Origin: Balanoglossus misakiensis
Lineage: Eukaryota; Animalia; Hemichordata
Length of the DNA: 64,000 nt
Assembly: GCA_040954595.2 (NCBI GenBank)
Contig: CM082593.2
Coordinates: 11,421,477 to 11,485,476, forward strand
Reading direction: 5' to 3'
The notes under the pieces are model-generated. The model had not been told where the DNA came from. It saw nothing but the letters and a program-made list of their open reading frames with translations, and searched no databases. Of the stretch, positions 56,601 through 64,000 are shown piece by piece. Both the position numbers and the translations under genes were made by a program. The stretch's first letter is position 1. Each line of letters begins with the position of its first letter.

Positions 56601-59600
56601 AATTTCATACATCATCAGATATCCAAATATGAAAAAATGATTTAGATTTTAGATGATTGTCCAAAATTAGCTGATATCTAATAAATGTAGTATTGAACCG
56701 TTCTGTTCCCCCCCCCCCCCTACATTATATGCGGTACACCGATGTCAGCTTACCCGGCAGTACTGCAGGCCGTGCCGCCAACTAACGTCGGTGTTTGAAA
56801 CGCCCTGGTTAAATTCGGGCTTTCTCTATAAATTGGCAGGCAATAATGCAGTCCTACCCGAACAAATGTCGAGTGTTGACCCGCTGTGACTTTCCCTCTT
56901 CGGTTTGCCCGACTTAGCCAACGTCTTTGTACTAGAGTGTCGGGTCTTTTGCAGAGCCAGGCCGATGGAAATCCGACTTGATCACCGTTGCTAACGAACG
57001 CTAGTGTCTGTCATGGTGTGCCGGGGTTTTAGTCGAGCCAGGCCGTACGAGATCTGACTTGATCATCGTGGTCTATGTAAGCGTGTTTCCGCTCTAAAGT
57101 GCCGGGGTTTCAGCTAAACCAGGCCGTAGGAAATCCGACGTAATCACCGTTGATAACTTACGACAGTCTGTGTCATATAGAGCCGGTGCACCAGCCGAGT
57201 CACGCCGAAGGAAATCTGACTTGATCAACGTGGTCAATGTACGCCTGTTTCTGCTCTAGAGTGCCGGGGCTTCAGCTGAGCCAGGCCGTAGGAAACCCGA
57301 CGTGATTACCGTTGTTAACTTACGCCAGTCTGTGTCCTATATATAGTGCCGGGGCATCAGCCGTGCCAGGCCGAAGGAAATGTGAGTAGATCAACGTGGT
57401 CTCTGTACTCGTGTTTTTGCTCTAGAGTGTCAGGGCTTTAGCAAAGCCATGCCGTAGGAAATCTGTCTTGATCAACGTTGCTAACGAACGCTAGTGTCTG
57501 TCATAGTGTGCCGGGGTTTTTAGTCGAGCCAAGCCGTAGGAGATCAGACTTGATCAACGTGGTCTCTGTACGCGTGTTTCTTCTCTAGAGTGCCGGGGCT
57601 TTATCCAAGCCATGCCGTAGAAAATCTGACTTGATCACCGTTGCTAACGTACGCTAGTGTCTGTCATATTGTGACGGAGATTTGGCCGAGCCAGGCTGTA
57701 AAAAAATCGACTTGTTCAACGTTACCAGTGTGCAACTGTTTCTGCTCTAGAGTGTCAGGGTTTTAGCCGACTTGTAGGAAATCTGAGTTGATGAACGGGA
57801 ATTCAATGTTAGAAAACCCGTGTGGAAAGTATCTCTACCCGTTTGGAACTAAGAAAAGAATTTATTCTTATTTATTTTGTAAAAAAGACAATATTTCGAA
57901 AAAAAGTCGAAAATGGTAATTATTGTCTTGGGTGATTCAAATTATACCGCCTTTTCTGGAATTTGCAGCACTTTTTACAAGAGAACGACACTTCATGCTC
58001 CATAATATTTCCGAAAATGAAGAAAAGAGTTAATTTTTTATGATTTTTTAAAAATTTACCATTTTTGTCAAAATATGGCCAACATGGCTATTTTTTCTTG
58101 AATTCCGTCAATATCTCTGCATTTTTGGAGTGGTCGAAAGTTTTAACATACAATCAACATGTCATATATGATCGGGGCACCAAATTCGTAGAACAAAGGT
58201 TTTTTTATTTTTTTTTCTAAAAATGACATTTTCAAGGAAAATTTGGTAAAACGCAATTTTGTCTGCAGTGAGCCAAATTAGACGGTCTTTTGTGGAATTT
58301 GTATCGATATATACATACGAAGAGCATTCTATACTCCATCAGATTTCCGAAAATGTAGAAAACAGGTATTTTTTGTAATTTTGAAAAAATTTTCCATTTT
58401 GACCAAATTGTGGCTAAAATTGTTATTTTCGTGTTGGTGCCGCCAGTGTCACTGCTTTTAAAAGTCATAAAAACTTTTAACATACAAGTAATTCTTTATA
58501 TATGATCAGGTCACCGAATTAAAAAAATAAAGAATGTTTTGCCTAAAAATGACCTTTTAGGTGCAAAAACGAATAAAACGTAATTTTGTATTAAATCAGC
58601 TCATTCAGAGTGCATTTTTTATAATCAGCACCATTTTTACATATAATGGAAATTTCATACATCATCAGATATCCAAATATGAAAAAATGATTTAGATTTT
58701 AGATGATTGTCCAAAATTAGCTGATATCTAATAAATGTAGTATTGAACCGTTCTGTTCCCCCCCCCCCTACATTATATGCGGTACACCGATGTCAGCTTA
58801 CCCGGCAGTACTGCAGGCCGTGCCCCCAACTAACGTCGGTGTTTGAAACGCCCTGGTAAAATTCGGGCTTTCTCTATAAATTGACAGGCAATAATGCAGT
58901 CCTACCGGAACAAATGTCGAGTGTTGACCCGCTGTGACTTTCCCTCTTCGGTTTGCCCGACTTAGCCAACGTCTTTGTACTAGAGTGTCGGGTCTTTTGG
59001 AGAGCCAGGCCGAAGGAAATCCGACTTGATCACCGTTGCTAACGAACGCTAGTGTCTGTCATGGTGTGCCGGGGTTTTAGTCGAGCCAGGCCGTAGGAAA
59101 TCCGACTTGATCACCGTTGCTAACGAACGCTAGTGTCTGTCATGGTGTGCCGGGGTTTTAGTCGAGCCAGGCCGTAGGAAATCCGACGTAATCACCGTTG
59201 ATAACTTACGCCAGTCTGTGTCATATAGAGCCGGTGCACCAGCCGAGTCACGCCGTAGGAAATCTTACTTGATCAACGTGGTCAATGTACGCCTGTTTCT
59301 GCTCTAGAGTGCCGGGGCTTCAGCTGAGCCAGGCCGTAGGAAACCCGACGTGATTACCGTTGTTAACTTACGCCAGTTTGTGTCCTATATATAGTGCCGG
59401 GGCATCAGCCGTGCCAGGCCGAAGGAAATGTGAGTAGATCAACGTGGTCTCTGTACGCGTGTTTCTGCTCTAGAGTGCCAGGGCTTTAGCCAAGCCATGC
59501 CGTAGGAAATCTGACTTGATCACCGTTGCTAACGAACGCTAGTGTCTGTCATAGTGTGCCGGGGTTTTAGTCGAGCCAAGCCGTAGGAGATCAGACTTGA

Positions 59601-62600
59601 TCAACGTGGTCTCTGTACGCGTGTTTCTGCTCTAGAGTGCCGGGGCTTTATCCAAGCCATGCCGTAGAAAATCTGACTTGATCACCGTTGCTAACGTACG
59701 CTAGTGTCTGTCATATTGTGACGGAGATTTAGCCGAGCCAGGCCGTAGAAAAATCGACTTGTTCAACGTTACCAGTGTGCAACTGTTTCTGTTCTAGAGT
59801 GTCAGGGTTTTAGCCGACTTGTAGGAAATCTGAGTTGATGAACGGGAATTCAATGTTAGAAAACCCGTGTGGAAAGTATCTCTACCCGTTTGGAACTAAG
59901 AAAAGAATTTATTCTTATTTATTTTGTAAAAAAAGACAATTTTTCGAAAAAAAGTCGAAAAATGGTAATTTTGTCTTGGGAGATTCAAATTATACCGCCT
60001 TTTCTGGAATTTGCAGCACTTTTTACAAGAGAACGACACTTCATGCTCCATAATATTTCCGAAAATGAAGAAAAGAGTTAATTTTTTATGATTTTTCAAA
60101 AATGTACCATTTTTGTCAAAATATGGCCAAAATGGCTATTTTTTCTTGAATTCCGTCAATATCTCTGCATTTTTGGAGTGGTCGAAAGTTTTAACATACA
60201 ATCAACATGTTATATATGATCAGGCACTAAATTCGAAGAACAAAGGTTTTTTATTTTTTTTCTAAAATGACATTTTCAAGGAAAATTGGTAAAACGCAAT
60301 TTTGTCTGCAGTGAGCCAAATTAGACGGTCTTTTGTGGAATTTGTATCGATATATACATACGAAGAGCATTCTATACTCCATCAGATTTCCGAAAATGTA
60401 GAAAACAGGTATTTTTTGTAATTTTCAAAAATTTACCATTTTGACCAAATTGTGGCTAAAATTGTTATTTTCGTGTTGAATGCCGCCAGTGTCACTGCTT
60501 TTAAAAGTCATAAAAACTTTTAACATACAAGCAATTGTTTATATATGATCAGGTCACCGAATTAAAAAAATAAAGAATGTTTGACTAAAAATGACCTTTT
60601 TGGTGCAAAAACGAATAAAACGCAATTTTGTATTAAATCAGCTCATTCAGACTGCATTTTTATAATCAGCACCATTTTTACATATAATGGAAATTTCATA
60701 CATCATCGGATATCCAAATATGAAAAGATGATTTACATTTTAGATGATTGTCCAAAATTAGCTGATATCTAATAAATGTAGTATTGAACCGTTCTGTTCC
60801 CCCCCCCCCCTTACATTATATGCGGTACGCCGATGTCAGCTTACCCGGCAGTACTGTAGGCCGTGCCCCCAACAAACGTCGGTGTTTGAAACGCCCTGGT
60901 TAAATTCGGGCTCTCTCTATAAATCGACAGGCAATAATGCAGTCCTACCGGAACAAATGTCAAGTGTTGAACCGCTGTGACTTTCCCTGTTCGGTTTGCC
61001 CGACTTAGCCAACGTCTTTGTACTAGAGTGTCGGGTCTTTTGCAGAGCCAGGCCGAAGGAAATCCGACTTGATCACCGTTGCTAACGAACGCTAGTGTCT
61101 GTCATGGTGTGCCGGGGTTTTAGTCGAGCCAGGCCGTAGGAGATCTGACTTGATCATCGTGGTCAATGTACGCGTGTTTCCGCTCTAAAGTGCCGGGGCT
61201 TCAGCTAAACCAGGCCGTAGGAAATCCGACGTAATCACCGTTGATAACTTACGCCAGTCTGTGTCATATAGAGCCGGTGCACCAGCCGAGTCACGCCGTA
61301 GAAAATCTGACTTGATCAACGTGGTCAATGTACGCCTGTTTCTGCTCTAGAGTGCCGGGGCTTCAGCTGAGCCAGGCCGTAGGAAACCCGACGTGATTAC
61401 CGTTGTTAACTTACGCCAGTCTGTGTCCTATATATAGTGCCGGGGCATCAGCCGTGCCAGGCCGAAGGAAATGTGAGAATATCAACGTGGTCTCTGTACG
61501 CGTGTTTCTGCTCTAGAGTGCCAGGGTTTTAGCTAAGCCATGCCGTAGGAAATCTGACTTGATCAACGTTGCTAACGAACGCTAGTGTCTGTCATAGTGT
61601 GCCGGGGTTTTAGTCGAGCCAAGCCGTAGGAGATCAGACTTGATCAACGTAGTCTCTGTACGCGTGTTTCTTCTCTAGAGTGCCGGGGCTTCAGCTGAGC
61701 CAGGCCGTAGGAAACCCATGCCGTAGAAAATCTGACTTGATCACCGTTGCTAACGTACGCTTGTGTCTGTCATATTGTGACGGAGATTTATTCGAGCCAG
61801 GCCGTAGAAAAATCGACTTGTTCAACGTTACCAGTGTGCAACTGTTTCTGCTCTAGAGTGTCAGGGTTTTAGCCGACTTATGCTGTAGGAAATCTGAGTT
61901 GATGAACGGGAATTCAATGTTAGAAAACCCGTGTGGAAAGTATCTCTACCCGTTTGAAACTAAGAAAAGAATTCATTCTTATTTATTTTGTAAAAAAGAC
62001 AATTTTTCGAAAAAAAGTCGAAAATGGTAATTTTGTCTTGGGTGATTCAAATTATACCACCTTTTCTGGAATTTGCAGCACTTTTTAAAAGAGAACGACA
62101 CTTCATGCTCCATAATATTTCCGAAAATGAAGAAAAGAGTTTATTTTTTATGATTTTTTAAAAATTTACCATTTTTGTCAAAATATGGCCAAAATGGCTA
62201 TTTTTTCTTGAATTCCGTCAATATCTCTGCATTTTTGGAGTGGTCGAAACTTTTAACATACAATCAACATGTCGTTATGATCGGGGCACCAAATTCGAAG
62301 AACAAAGGTTTTTTTATTTTTTTTTCTAAAAATGACATTTTCAAGGAAAATTTGGTAAAACGCAATTGTGTCTGCAGTGAGCCAAATTAGACGGTCTTTT
62401 GTGGAATTTGTATCGATATATACATACGAAGAGCATTCTATACTCCATCAGATTTCCGAAAATGTAGAAAACTGGTATTTTTTGTAATTTTCAAAATTTT
62501 TCCATTTTGACCAAATTGTGCTTAAATTGTTATTTTCGCGTTGAATGCCGCCAGTGTTACTGCTTTTAAAAGTCATGAAAACTTTTAACATACAAGCAAT

Positions 62601-64000
62601 TGTTTATATATGATCTTGATAGACGGTCTTTTGTGGAATTTGTATCGATATATACATACGAAGAGCATTCTATACTCCATCAGATTTCCGAAAATGTAGA
62701 AAACAGGTATTTTTTGTAATTTTCAAAAATTTACCATTTTGACCAAATTGTGGCTAAAATTGTTATTTTCGTGTTGAATGCCGCCAGTGTCACTGCTTTT
62801 AAAAGTCATAAAAACTTTTAACATACAAGCAATTGTTTATATATGATCAGGTCACCGAATTAAAAAAATAAAGAATGTTTGACTAAAAATGACCTTTTTG
62901 GTGCAAAAACGAATAAAACGCAATTTTGTATTAAATCAGCTCATTCAGACTGCATTTTTATAATCAGCACCATTTTTACATATAATGGAAATTTCATACA
63001 TCATCGGATATCCAAATATGAAAAGATGATTTACATTTTAGATGATTGTCCAAAATTAGCTGATATCTAATAAATGTAGTATTGAACCGTTCTGTTCCCC
63101 CCCCCCCCCTTACATTATATGCGGTACGCCGATGTCAGCTTACCCGGCAGTACTGTAGGCCGTGCCCCCAACAAACGTCGGTGTTTGAAACGCCCTGGTT
63201 AAATTCGGGCTCTCTCTATAAATCGACAGGCAATAATGCAGTCCTACCGGAACAAATGTCAAGTGTTGAACCGCTGTGACTTTCCCTGTTCGGTTTGCCC
63301 GACTTAGCCAACGTCTTTGTACTAGAGTGTCGGGTCTTTTGCAGAGCCAGGCCGAAGGAAATCCGACTTGATCACCGTTGCTAACGAACGCTAGTGTCTG
63401 TCATGGTGTGCCGGGGTTTTAGTCGAGCCAGGCCGTAGGAGATCTGACTTGATCATCGTGGTCAATGTACGCGTGTTTCCGCTCTAAAGTGCCGGGGCTT
63501 CAGCTAAACCAGGCCGTAGGAAATCCGACGTAATCACCGTTGATAACTTACGCCAGTCTGTGTCATATAGAGCCGGTGCACCAGCCGAGTCACGCCGTAG
63601 AAAATCTGACTTGATCAACGTGGTCAATGTACGCCTGTTTCTGCTCTAGAGTGCCGGGGCTTCAGCTGAGCCAGGCCGTAGGAAACCCGACGTGATTACC
63701 GTTGTTAACTTACGCCAGTCTGTGTCCTATATATAGTGCCGGGGCATCAGCCGTGCCAGGCCGAAGGAAATGTGAGAATATCAACGTGGTCTCTGTACGC
63801 GTGTTTCTGCTCTAGAGTGCCAGGGTTTTAGCTAAGCCATGCCGTAGGAAATCTGACTTGATCAACGTTGCTAACGAACGCTAGTGTCTGTCATAGTGTG
63901 CCGGGGTTTTAGTCGAGCCAAGCCGTAGGAGATCAGACTTGATCAACGTAGTCTCTGTACGCGTGTTTCTTCTCTAGAGTGCCGGGGCTTCAGCTGAGCC
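47606..64000. repeat. Uninterrupted ~2.05-kb satellite array (~8 units), runs off the window end
   Basis: Unit marker TGTAGGAAATC(T/A)GAG at about 47611, 49653, 51719, 53606, 55723, 57773, 59820, 61884. Confidence 0.97.

Overview
Eukaryotic, probably marine-invertebrate (inferred from the TE repertoire), repeat-only window with no host gene, rRNA, tRNA or CRISPR array. The backbone is a tandem array of a ~2.05-kb satellite (about 13 units). Each unit has an ~81-bp subrepeat block, an AT-rich ~335-bp subrepeat block and a short unique segment with a poly-C run. Five elements interrupt the array. The satellite resumes in register across four of them; the BEL/Pao far end lies outside the window. 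(1) A defective BEL/Pao LTR retrotransposon, itself cut by a CR1/L2-type LINE RT fragment. (2) An apparently intact PAT-like tyrosine-recombinase retrotransposon with split direct repeats and no TSD. (3) A non-autonomous Helentron (HINE) carrying two nested HINEs. (4) A TAG...CTA long-TIR element with a 3-bp TSD (Academ-like), holding an 18.7-kb Helentron (intact 2463-aa OTU-Rep-PIF1-endonuclease ORF, further nested inserts) and a decayed L1/Tx1 fragment. (5) A TA-flanked IS630-Tc1-mariner DD37E derivative with ~610-bp TIRs that contain transposase sequence, plus a divergent SAM-like ORF. Family assignments come from motif recognition by eye, without database searches; coordinates were read manually and may be off by a few bases.
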